From Octopus sinensis (taxonomy: Eukaryota), in NCBI RefSeq assembly GCF_006345805.1, contig NC_043001.1:26474001-26538000 (forward strand): DNA of 64,000 nt, read 5' to 3'. Of this stretch, positions 35,290 to 48,100 are shown one piece after another (position 1 is the stretch's first letter; each line of letters starts with the position of its first letter). Position numbers and translations under genes: made by a program. The notes under the pieces were generated by a model. The model searched no databases and was not told where the DNA came from. It saw only the letters and a program-made list of their open reading frames with translations.

Positions 35290-36580
35290 TAACCATACTG
35301 GTTTCAAATTTTGGCACAAAGCCAGCAATTTCAGTTGAGAGGGCTAGTTAATTACATCGACCCCAGAGTTCAACTGGTACTTATTTTATTGCCTCCCAGT
35401 GGAATTTCAGCTCAGAATATAAAGACAGACAAAATACCATTAAGCATTTTGCCTGGCATGTTACTGGTTTAGCCAGCTCACTGCCTACTGGCTCTATACA
35501 TATTGGTTTCAAATTTTGGCACGAGGTCAGCAATTTCAGAGGAGGGGGTAATTTCTGTAGAGGGGTCTTGCCAATTACCCCAATGCTTAACTGGTACTTA
35601 TTTCATCGACCCCTAAAGGATGAAAGTCAATGTGATCCTTAGCGGAATTTGAACTCAGAACGTAAAGATGGACGAAATGTTGCTTAGCATTTTGCCCGGC
35701 ATGCTAACGGATCTGCCAGATCGCCACCCTGCTACGTTTGTACATATCAACAATTCAGAAAAAGGATCAGCTATAGTACAACAGTTAATGTTTAAATTAA
35801 GAGGGAAAAGATTTATAGATCAGTTACTCCTTTCAGAAATTGCATGAAGGTCAGCATTACATTTCAGAAGTTTGCGACACAAATCACTCCCTTCTCTCTT
35901 AGACAAGAGAAATTAGCTAACATGACGATGGGGTTCCCTCCTCATATGAAAAGGACAAGATGGTCATGCCTGCAATACTTTTGGTCTGCTCAATCATGGC
36001 AAACCTGAGAATAAACGTTAAACAACAACAAAAACTACTACTACTACTCTTTAATTTTTTTCACAGGACCTATTATTTTCTGATATTTGTTTCTTCTCCT
36101 CGTCATGCAGTCTCTGTAGATTGGCTGAATGAATTGTCCAATAATATCTATTTCTTTACTACCCACAAGAGGGTAAACACAGAGAGGACAAACAAGGAGA
36201 GACAAACGGATTAAGTCGATTATATCGACTCCAGTGCGTAACTGGGACTTATTTAATTGACCCCAAAAGGATAAAAGGCGAAGTCGACCTCGGCAGAATT
36301 TGAACTCAGAACGTAGCTGCAGACGAAATACCTATTTCTTTATTACCCACAAGGGGCTAACCCTAACATAGAGGAGTCAAACAAGGACAGACATAGGTAT
36401 TAATTCGATTACATCGACCCCTAAAAGATGAAAGGCAAAGTCGACCTCGGCGGAATTTGAACTCAGAACGTAACAGCAGACGAAATACGGCTACGCATTT
36501 CGCCCGGCGTGCTTCTGCCAGCTCGCCGGACGAAATACGGCTACGCATTTCGCCCGGCGTGCTTCTGCCAGCTCGCCGCC
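35290..36580 (-). mobile_element. Stack of at least four tRNA-derived SINE family B copies (others near 9295, 17210, 17630, 45090, 45830, 46390, 55680, 59915)
   Basis: Reverse complement of ggcagaatcgttagcacgccgggcgaaatg...gttcaaattccgccgaggtcgactttgcctttcatcctttcggggtcgat. Confidence 0.8.
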
Positions 36581-36904
36581 ACTGCTATAATGCTATAATG
36601 ACAGACTTTTATCAAACAAGGATACCAGCTGATCACTAATCGGTTCGTGTGCGCGTTTGTCAAGGGAACAAACTCTAAAACAACTAACGAACTTTGATAC
36701 TAGCTCAGTTGATAGTTTATGTCACATGTTCTAGCAGCATTATTCAAAAGGAAAAGATATGTATATATAACATATAAATGACTCTCTCAACAGTCTTATG
36801 ATATTTAAAAACGCGACACGACAGCACATATATTTCGCTTGACTTTCTTTTCGCTATAGCTGCTTTTTTCTCTTCAAACATCATTTTGATGACAGTGTAT
36901 AAAA

Positions 36905-36997
36905 ATGATGACTAGAGTTTTCTGTATTTTTCTTAGCTTTCTACTGGTCGTAGGGAACCAAGCCTACCCTTTTCATTCACAGTCTTGCGGTTATGAG
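36905..36997 (+). CDS. MAN2B1: Alpha-mannosidase exon 1 (signal peptide [20 protein letters not shown]...SCGYE, 93 nt)
   Basis: aaaaATG context, hydrophobic signal peptide, CGYE motif, gtaaga donor, phase 0. Confidence 0.92.
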
Positions 36998-37704
36998 GTA
37001 AGAATAAATAACTTCGAAATATTTTTGTGTCTACTTTATTAAGATGCCGTGTAATTGAAGTAAATTAGATTCTAGCCAGCCAATTACACAAACTGGTTTT
37101 GAGATTCCGGGTTTGTTTTCGTCAGTGCAGTTGAAGAAATTTTGAGTTGTTATTGTGCGGAAGAAAATAAAGAAATAACGAAAAAAAAAAAAGTGACGCT
37201 AGTTCTGATTTACCATTCATTTGAAAATTAAACAAGTTTTGCTTTACATTGATCTATACAGTTGCTAGGAAGCCTTTACGTAATTTTTCTTAGCTATAGC
37301 AGTCAGTCTCTTCTCGCAAATTCCATGCCTTAAGAGTTAGGATACATTAAATAATATAATGCAAGATATTTCTAAAATATCTAAAGGATAATCAACAATA
37401 AAATAACTCGGAAAGACTTCCGCTTTCCAATAACGACGACGATAACACGGTTGAATTGATGTTTCCTATTTTTTCTTTGTTTTCCATTTTTTTTTGCTCA
37501 TGTTTATGTTTACTTCGGTTCTGGGTTTGTATTTTAATGTAGAATATATATTTAATTAGATACGCTGTAACAGTTGTGTAAAATAAAAAAATAAATTTAA
37601 TTTTCCGTTAAAAGAAAGAAAATGAAACATGTAAACAAGCCAACAGGATTCCTCTCTTTAAAAACAAAACAAAAACATTGGCCAATGTAGTCATACACAT
37701 ATAT

Positions 37705-37759
<55 letters not shown>

Positions 37760-38099
37760 ATATATATATATATATGTGTGTATAAAAAATATATATAAAA
37801 ATACAAAATGGGACAAGAACGCAAAACACACAAAGAGACGACACAAAAAAACGGACGGGTCATTCGAAGCCTCTAATCTTCAGTCAAGAACCGGATCATC
37901 CTCGCAATTTCGGCTGATTAATCTTGAGATCGCTCCGATCCGGCCAGCCCCAAGGAAAAACTAAGCTACGAGCATTAGATTCCTTGGAAAAAAGGATCGA
38001 ATGTATACGAAACAAGGACAGAAAAACGGACGATGCCACACGAATATAAATACAAAAAACAATAATAGTAATAACAGTAATATAATAGTAATATATATA

Positions 38100-38156
<57 letters not shown>

Positions 38157-39136
38157 GTTTATGGCTTAACTTCTGGGGAAAGTGTTTTAGGAGGGCGTGG
38201 GATCAGGAATTTCGGAGAATTCACCGGCGTCCAATTTAATTCGTCCTAAGTTTGAAGAGGAAGTTGTTTTACACCTATTAGACTACTTTTTTTTTTGTTT
38301 TTATGACCGGGTCAGACGCTTTAGTTTGACCTTTTGGTTATATATATATATAAGGCTGCAGGACTTATGTGTAGCTAAGCATAGCATACAAAGAAAATAA
38401 AAAAATGTCTTGAATAATTTTGAAGTGATAAATACGAAAGATCAAAGCACTTACCCCTTCCTTTAAAAAAATATATTTATTAGATAAACGGAAATGATAT
38501 ATTAAGGAAAATAGTTTAAAACTTATATATTTTGCTGAATTTATGTAGATTCAGTTTTGATGAATTTTCTTCTTTTTTTTTTTGTTTTTGTTGCTAAAGC
38601 GTTTTATAAGTTGTTTCATTAATAAAAAAAAAAAAAAATTCAGATGATTAAAATTTCTTTAAATTGAGATGGATTTAGAAGTACCTTCGATATTTTGAAT
38701 TTGTCATTTTAAATTAAGAAATCTTTATAAGGTTAAATTGTAAAAAGAATTATCTAACTCTTTGGTAGGAAGCCTCCACATTCGACTTGCTAGCTATAGC
38801 AGCTAAGCCTCTTCTCACAAATTCCATGTCTTAAAGGGTAGGATACATAAGATAATATAATCCAAGATATTTCAAAAATATCTAAAGGATGATCAACAAT
38901 GAAATAGCTACAACAATAACAACAACGACACTGTTCAAAAAGGGTCCAGTAAATCGACCCCAGGACTTATTCTTTGTAAGCCTAGTACTTATTCTATCGC
39001 TTTCTTTTGCTGAACCGCTACGTTACGGGGATGTAAACGCACCAGCATCGATTGTCAAGCGATGTTGGGGGACAAACACATATACATACATGCATGCATG
39101 CATGCATGCATACATACATACATGCATGCATGCATG

Positions 39137-39180
<44 letters not shown>

Positions 39181-42100
39181 GACCAAACATGAAAACACAA
39201 AGAGAAAACACAACAATGCAAGGACGTGGAACAAGTATAGTGTTATTGGATGCTCAGGAAAGAAGGAGGGTTTAACGTTTCGAGCAGAGCTCTTCGTCAG
39301 AAAAATAGGAAAAGGAAAGATCCAAAGAAGGGAAGATGGAGGAAAAAAAATCGCCAACGGTACACACGCGGTCACATTTTGAATATATATTATTAATTCA
39401 GCTATGCAGTCCATTTACTACTGGCAGATTGCAATACAGCCCTGGCAAGCATCTGTATAATTATGTAAATATTGTGATGTATCATCATCATCATCATCGT
39501 TTAACGTCCGCTTTCCATGCTAGCATGGGTTGGATGGTTCAACTGGGGTCTGGGAAGCCCGAAGGCTGCACCAGGCCAGTCAGATCTGGCAGTGTTTCTA
39601 CAGCTGGCTGCCCTTCCTAACGCCAACCACTCCATGAGTGTAGTGGGTGCTTTTTATGTGCCACCGATACAGGTGCCAGACGAGGCTGGCGAACGGCCAC
39701 GCTCGAATGGTGTTTTTTATGTGCCACCGACACAGGTGCCAGACGAGGCTGGCGAACGGCCATGCTCGGATGGTGTTTTTTACATGCCACCGGCACGGAG
39801 GCCAGGCGAAGATGGCACGGCACATATATAAATAAATGTTTATCGAACATTCTTTGGAGTTGGTTTTATTATGGGACAACATACAGCCTGAATTTCATAT
39901 GCATTAAACAAGAACCATCTGGCCAGTCTGACATGAAATTTTTATCTTTATTTCAAATTATTCCCTCTCCTTGTTTCTTGTCACTTTAAGGCTCTATTGC
40001 AGGTCTGTAGTCTCTGGTCCTTTTCGTCAGTTGATGTTCTCCTGGTCTCGAATTTAGAGATTGCATTGGTCATCTGGAACAGTGCATGTAACATCAAGCT
40101 TTCAGATATGAAGTCAAATGAAATTTTTGTCTTGTGTTTACTTCATATCAGTATGTGTGTATTTAAAATCTACTTATTCGTGAACCTTTGATGTTCAAGC
40201 TGAAGGAAGACAGTAGAAAATTATTACAACCCTCAATTCCGTACCAGTGGCATGTAAAAGGCACCATTCGAGCGTGATCGTTACCAGCATTGCCTTACTG
40301 GCACCTGTGCCGGTGTCATGTGTAAAAAGATTCGAGCGAGGTCGTTGTCAGTACCGCCTGACTGCGTACCTTGCTGGTGACATGTAAAAGCACCCACTAC
40401 ACTCTCAGAGTGGTTGGCATCAGGAAGGGCATCCAGCTGTAGAAACTCTGCCAGATCAAGATTGGAGCCTGGTCCAGCCATCTGGTTCGCCAGCCTTCCG
40501 TCAAAATCGTCCAACCCATCCTAGCATGGAAAGTGGACATTAAAAGATGATGATGATGAATTTGTACAGGGTACATAGAAATGCAAATTTATAAGGTTAC
40601 CATGCAGGTAGAGTTTATGTGGTTATTTGGTCACTTAGAAATAGCAGCCAAATCTTTCCATAAAATCATACCCTACGGTCGTAAATAAAAGCATACAGTG
40701 GACAGTGTAATCCCAAATATACAAAATGACTGAATTGTCACAGTGGGTCTGTTCAATCTGTATAGAACAGCAACTAGTGCCATGCTCTGACTGAGTCCAC
40801 TACCACCAGAACCTACATGTATACTGATTGAACCAATGGAAGAGCTTCTCTGCAGTGGTTTGACCTGCTAGAAAAAGCCACCAAACATCCTCAAACCACA
40901 CCCTACCATCTTACAAAAAGGATGCACATCATACCCACGATAATTTGGTTTAGATATACCTTTGACTAAAGTGAGATGGTCATGGCATGAATGCCTTTAA
41001 TCATGGGTTTGTTCAATCAAAGCTAAACAACATCTATATAAGAGGTTAATCCAATGATGGAGCTACTATGTAGTCATTTGACCTGCTGTAAAACCTTTTG
41101 TTAATCACACACTACCATTTTTATAAAAAGAGAAAGGACTCCTTGGATAATAATCAGTTTTTAATTTTAATATGCCACTTCCTTTTGTTAAACTTTAGCT
41201 TGTATCAGTTTGGTTCTGCAAAGAATTTTTGTTTATTTACACTGTCCTACAGCTAGTTTATTTGTCATAGGGGATACTTTTGGATGCAGTTAAGAATTAC
41301 TTTTTGGCTGCTATGACAACAAAAGTAGAAGAGTGGTCATAACAAATAATAAAAAAAAAGATAAGTGGTCTTGATTGTAGTTGAAAAGCTTTTAGCAATG
41401 ATTTTAATATTACCTTCAGCGAAAGCATACATTTGTGGTTTCTCGGTTAAATTTATCTTAGAAAATCTTTTCACACACAATATATAATTGCACAGATGGT
41501 GGAAATACTTTCAAAGTAATTACGAGCTTTAAACATTGGAAGATATGGTCTGTTCTTTGCACTTGTTACATGAATGAATGACACAAACATGTTTTGACAA
41601 CAACAACAACAACACAAAAGATAATTCTAAGTTATGCCAAAAATATCTCTTATAACAAACAAGCTGACTGCTGGACAGCATAGTTATTTTTGTGTTGATA
41701 ATTTTTGTACTTTTGTTGAATTATTCCTCATGTTAAAGATAGGTATGTGTGATTGTATCAGAGTATTTAGAATAGTGTAAAAATGTAAATATGAACAACA
41801 TCAATACACAAATAAAGGACAATAGCAAAATAATGATCACCTAAAAAGGTCATTCTCATTTGCACCAAAAATACTCTCTATGATAAACAAATCAAATGCA
41901 GTTCAACATAAATAAAAAAAATATAAAATCCCAAAATAATGATTTGGTATTGTTGTTTTAATGAAAGAACCACTAATATGGTGGAAAATATTGGGTTGTC
42001 TGGAAAGTTTGTGCCGATTTTTAAAGGAAAGAAAAAGGTCAATAAATACTTGCCATTACATCTTTAATCAACCAAATATGAACCATTTTGTTGCACAATG

Positions 42101-45100
42101 CATCTCCATCTTTCCTTTAACTTGAAAATACCCTCTTCCCAGAATTGAGGTGGTTTCATGGCAAAGAATTCATCAAGGAATTGAAATTTTAACCATTAAG
42201 ACTATTCTGCAGAGACCTGAATAAGTGGAAATTCGAAGGAGCAATATCTGGTGAATATGGAGGATGGGGTAACACATCCCAGCCGAGCTGCAGCAATTTT
42301 TGTCTGGTTCCCAAAGCATCAAGTGCCGAAAATGAACTTTCTTATCTTCCATTTTAAAGCGTTACAAAATTAACACAGGTTATAGGAACATAAACCTTCT
42401 TCCACAAAAAGATAGCTTAAACTGTGCTCTAAATGGAGGTGTAGTCAAATCTTATTTTTAAAATAATATAAAAAGGAAAAACAAAACAATTTGTATTAGT
42501 TTTACTTATTGAACATAAAATTCAACACAGTAAAACTGAATATCTTCTAATTAAAAATTAATGCAACCTTGTTTTGTACATTGTATTTAATTGATATAAA
42601 CAGTTTAAACTTTATTTTAGTCGACTTGTAGTTTCCTCTCTTTATTATATTTTTATTAAAAAATTTTTTTTTCCCAGAGTTGTAATCCTGTGAAAGATGG
42701 CATGATCAATGTTCATTTAGTGCCTCACACTCATGATGATGTTGGTTGGCTAAAAACAGTTGACCAATATTTTTATGGAGGTAAGTAATAAATTTGTGGG
42801 AAATTTCTCAGGGATGTTTTCTACATGAACAATTTGTAGTTAAATGCAAGATAACGATCTACTTAAGTAGTGAGCCAAAAATAATTTTGGATTTATTTAA
42901 CCCTTTAGTGTTTAAACCGGCCACATCCGGCCCAAAATATTCAACATGTTTTATATTTGAACTGGCCATATCTAGCCTCTCACACCTAACCTACATTGAC
43001 ATTCTAAAAATAACCAATCACATCATTGAAACCTCAAAGCTATAAGATAATGCATGATTAATTCAAAACAATTTGAGTGAAAAAGTAATACATTTAACAG
43101 AATAATCTGAACACTAAAGGGTTAAATTAAACTTGTATTGAGAAGGAAAATCATTAGAATTAATGAGTTCTTGTCAAGGGAGAGAATTCTGAAATTTAAA
43201 TTGATAAAAAATTAAACAGAGACATACAGTGAGGAGAGAGATCTTTGGTAGTTACAGTGACAACACATTTTTTGGTCTTTTTAAACCTCTTCAATGAAGC
43301 ATAGTCTAACACAGTGGTTCCCAAACTTTTTCAGGCTGCAACCCACTTAGCACTGAGGCCACATTCCTAGCACTCCACCCTCACTACCACAAACATAGAC
43401 CACTTTCTGCAACAAATTCAAAACAAATGTAGTTCACTGATAAAACTTAACCTAATTAACCAATTATTTTGTTTACTTTTTTCATCCATCACCTCCCTTT
43501 TGGCCACCCTGTTATCACCCCATTTTTCTTCAACACCTCCATGAGGGGGTAGGAGTACAGCCCACTTTGGGAACCATTAGTCTAACATGTAACTACCACT
43601 TTCAGTGTTTGTAACTACCACTTTTAGAGTTTATAATTATTTGTGTAAAAATTATATACTAACTAGGTAATTTGAAGTAACAACATTGAGGAATTTTCCA
43701 GGGCTGCATAATCACTTTAAATTTTCGAATTTTCCTTCTTGCTCATTTTGACAAAAATTACCATAATTTTCTTTTCATTATATATTTAATTTTAATTGGT
43801 TAAAAATTCTTTTTGCTTCACTACATTATGATTCCATGCTTAACCTTTAGTACACTGCATTTTCTCTAGAATTGTTTCCCCTGCCATTGCCCTGTTACTA
43901 CAGGGGAGAAAACTCATATGGTGATATTATGCACCTGCAGAGTGCTAAAGGTTAATAATAAATTTGATATACAATTGTGATCAACAAAAAAGCAAGTGTG
44001 TTTCCATTGTTATTGTTGGTTATGCTTAAATTGTTTGTATTCTGGCAGATACTTAAAGGTACATAAACTAAAACATGAGTTCTAGTTTATTTGAGTTCAT
44101 TAACCTTTTGGAAAGGTAGTGCATTTGGTTGGTTTATGATGATTTAAAATTCATAGCACAGACTTAAAGGTAGTTATACTAACTTTTGACAGAGCTGACA
44201 TATGTAATTTTATATTGAAAACTGGCCACCTAGAAAGGTATTTATGGTTGGATCTGATAAGGTTGTAATAGTTATCTTGTAGTCCCAAGAATAGTTCTGT
44301 TACGATTATGCAGAGGACCTAGTCAACAGTCTATCAGTTTATTTGTGAAATGATTTATTTGTTCTATGGCTTCCGTGCCAGTGGCACGTAAAAAGCACCA
44401 ACTGTTCGTTGTTGTCATTGCCAGCCTACCCTGGCACCTGCGCCGGTGGCACGTAAAAAGCACCATCTGTACGTGGCCGATGCCAGTGCCACCTTGACTG
44501 GCTTCCGTGCCGGTGACACATAAAAAGCATGAACCGATCGTGACCGTTGCCAGCCTCCCCTGGCATCTGTGCTGGTGGCACGTAAAAAGCACCCACTACA
44601 CTCACGGAGTGGTTGGTGTTAGGAAGGGCATCCAGCTGTAGAAACACTGCCAGATCAGACTGGAGCCTGATGCAGCCTTCTGGCTTCCCAGACCGCGGTC
44701 GAACTGTCCAACCCAAGCTAGCATGGAAAACGGATGTTAAACAATGATGATGATGAAGAAGCCTTGGCTATGACTTAGGCTTTTAACTTTCTCTAGCTTA
44801 AGCTTTCTTAGGCATTTAACTTTCTCTAGCTTAAAATTAGTACCTTAAAGAAATGTAACTCACTTCTATCAACACTAGGGGCACTGGTAACTGATGTTTG
44901 TTTTCACTGCAGTACTGAAACATCAATTAATCAGTATCAAATCTACTTCATTGTAATGTCACCATTGGATGTCAGTGATAAACTCTTCTACATTGCAGTA
45001 CCATCTGCTGTTATCAGAGATAAGATTTATACTGTGCAGTACCACCTGGTGATGTCTGATAAAGTCTGCTATAATTTTTTCTACTCTAGGCACAAGGTCC

Positions 45101-48100
45101 AAAATTTTTGGGGAGGGGGCCAGTCGATTAGATCGACCCCAGTACACAACTGGTACTTAATTTATCACCCCTGAAAGGATGAAAGACAAAGTTGACTTCG
45201 GCAGAATTTGAACTCAGAATGTAAAGACAAACGAAATACCTCTAAGCATTTCGCCCAGCATGCTAACGTTTCTGCCAGCTTGCTGCCTTGATAAAGTCTA
45301 CTATTTATAGTACTATTTGCTGATACTAGAGATAAGCTTCACCCATTGCAATACTACATGCTGATGTCAGTGGTTAATTAGAGAAAGAATCTTTTATCGT
45401 TTGTTTCAGTAATTAAACTGCGGCCATGCTGGTGGCACTACCTTGAAGAGTTTCTTTAGTTGAATGAATAAAAATAAGTACCTTAGTACTTGTTTTTATT
45501 TTTTTAAGCCCAGTACTTATTCTATCTGTCTTTTTCTGCCAAACTGCAAAGTTGCAAGGATGTAAATAAATGAACACTGGTTGTCAAGCTATGGCGGTGG
45601 GACACACACACACACACACACACACGACTGGCTTCTTTCAGCTTCTGTTTACCAAATCTACTCACAAGGCTTTGGTTGGCTTGAGGTTATAGTAGAAAAT
45701 GCTTGCCCAAGATGCCACACAGTGAGACTGAACCTAAAACCATGTGGTTAGGAAGCAAACATCTTACCACACAGCTGTGGTAAGAAGTTTGAAATAAATA
45801 TGATAATTATGCTAATGTAGATATAATCTTTCCTACTCTAGACACAAGGCCTGAAATTTTGGGGGAGGGGGGACAGTTGATTAGATCGACCCCAGTATGC
45901 AACTGGTACTTAATTTATTGACCCCCAAAAAGACGAAAGGCAAAGTCGACCTCAGCAGAATTTGAACTCAGAACATAAAGACAGACGAAATATCACTAAG
46001 TATTTTGCCCGGTATGCTAATGTTTCTGTCAGCTAGCTGCCTTCTAATGTAGATATAATGATTCTCACATTGAAATGAATTTCTAAAGTGGGGTGTACGT
46101 AATGAAGTCAACTTCATTACATACCTGGTTTATCAACCTTCTGGTTGATAAAGATACCCCCTCCCCCCAAAGCAATGTCAACCCAAGTGCTAAAATAAAG
46201 ATACCGATAGAATAAGTACTAGGCTTACAAAGAATAAGTCCTGGGGTCGATTTGCTTGACTAAAAGGTGGTGCTCTAGCATGGCCGCAGTCAAATGACTG
46301 AAACAAGTAAAAGAGTAACCAGAAGAAATACCATCAGGCATTTGTCCAATGCTATAATAATTTTGCCAATTTACCATCCTAAATTGTTTCTAACATTGAC
46401 ACAAGATCTGAAATTTGGGGGAAGGGTATTCAATTATATTGTACTCAGTGTTTGACTGGTAGTTTATTTTGTCAACTCTGGTGGGATGAAAGACAAAATA
46501 AAACTATAGTCATATTTGAACTCAGAATGTCACGACTGGTAAGTAAACACTTGCAAAACATTTTGTGCAGCACTATTATAATTCTGCTTACCCACTACCC
46601 TAATTTAATATAAATATTATGACTTCTATTTGTTACAGCCAAAACCAAAATTCAAAATGCAGGAGTACAATATATCTTGGATTCAGTAATTCAAGAGCTT
46701 TTGAAAGATCCTTCCAGGCGCTTTATATATGTAGAAATGGCCTTCTTTTGGCGCTGGTGGCACCAACAGCATGATCATACACGTCACATTGTACAGAAAC
46801 TTGTTAAAGAAGGTAATTATTATAAGTTGATAAATGTCCCAAAATATGTGTTTTTGTGCTAATGTTGTATAAATATCTCATTATTCAAGTATTTTTTAAA
46901 TTCTTTTTTCAAAACATTTTGATGTAGATTAGATGATTAGGTTAGTCAAAAATTGCTGATGTTGGGAGAAGGATTTGGAGAAACTGTTTAGTGTGGGATC
47001 TGGGAGGAAGGTACAGTGAAAGTAACAAAAGGAGGAGAGACAATTGTGTCAGATAAGCTTGAGAGGAAGCAGTGTACAGCTATGAGATCAGAGAAGCAGG
47101 AACCATTGCAATAATTATAGAAGGAGCAGAGAGGAGAAACACCACATCTATGAGTTTATGGTTGTAGAGTTTGTTCAATGAGTTTTTTTCTCAACATTTG
47201 GATGGCATGGTTCTTGGATACTATCTAGGATATTTCTGTATGTAACTGGAGCACTGTCTCAGATATGTGAACACTGCTCCTATGTGGATTTTATTTGATT
47301 TTTGTACATGATCAGCTACTTGGGCCTTGAATATTTTTGGATATTATTTTGGCAATATTATCTAAGTAAGATTCCATGATAGATCATCATAGATTGTGAG
47401 GCCAACTGTTTGTAGTGAATTTGATAGTTGCTATTTTAAGTAATCTTCAAAAGGTGAAGTATCTTTTCATTGAGTTAATTCAGATAAAACAATAAAATAT
47501 GGCTTTCTTATGTCCTGCTGAATTAGTTTTTATAATTTGTTATCTGGTCTACATTATTGCAACAGAAAATAGAAGTGTTTCCTATCCCTCTGATACCAGT
47601 ACATTGGTTTCTTTTCATAAACTTTACTTATTTAATAGTATCATTATTTAAATGTTCTTCTCTTCTATCACTTATAACTATAATTAAAGAGGTAATCTAA
47701 ACATATTCCTGCTCGTATGTTCTTCTAGTGTCAGTCTTCAAATGCTCAAACTGTAAAAAGCATTGGTGATGGTGCTACATAAAAAAAGCATCCAGTACAC
47801 ACTGTAAAGAGGTTGACATTAAGAAGGGCATCCAGCCATAGAAACCGAACCAAAACTGGCTATAGAACCTGGTGCAGCCCTGGTCTTACCAGTTCCTGTC
47901 AATCTGTCCAACCCATGCCAGCATAGAAAACGAACATTAAATGATGATGATAATAATTATGATCATTAATTACAGTATCTTCTAAATGTCCTAGTAGTGT
48001 CTTTTACATTACTCTCAAGATTTGTACTCTGAGCTGTTTTCTGTCATCTCCAAACATTTCAATCTTTTGCTCAAACTATGGAGAAAGATGACTGTGCCTC

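Noticed and set aside
18627-36905. Shared bidirectional promoter for SRP68 and the mannosidase
   Set aside because: Start codons are 18.3 kb apart and each has its own CpG-richer proximal region.
37459-37540. Hydrophobic ORF ([12 protein letters not shown]...) as mannosidase signal-peptide exon
   Set aside because: Derived from a T-rich tract with a weak donor; 36905-36997 has the CGYE motif, a strong donor and the correct phase.
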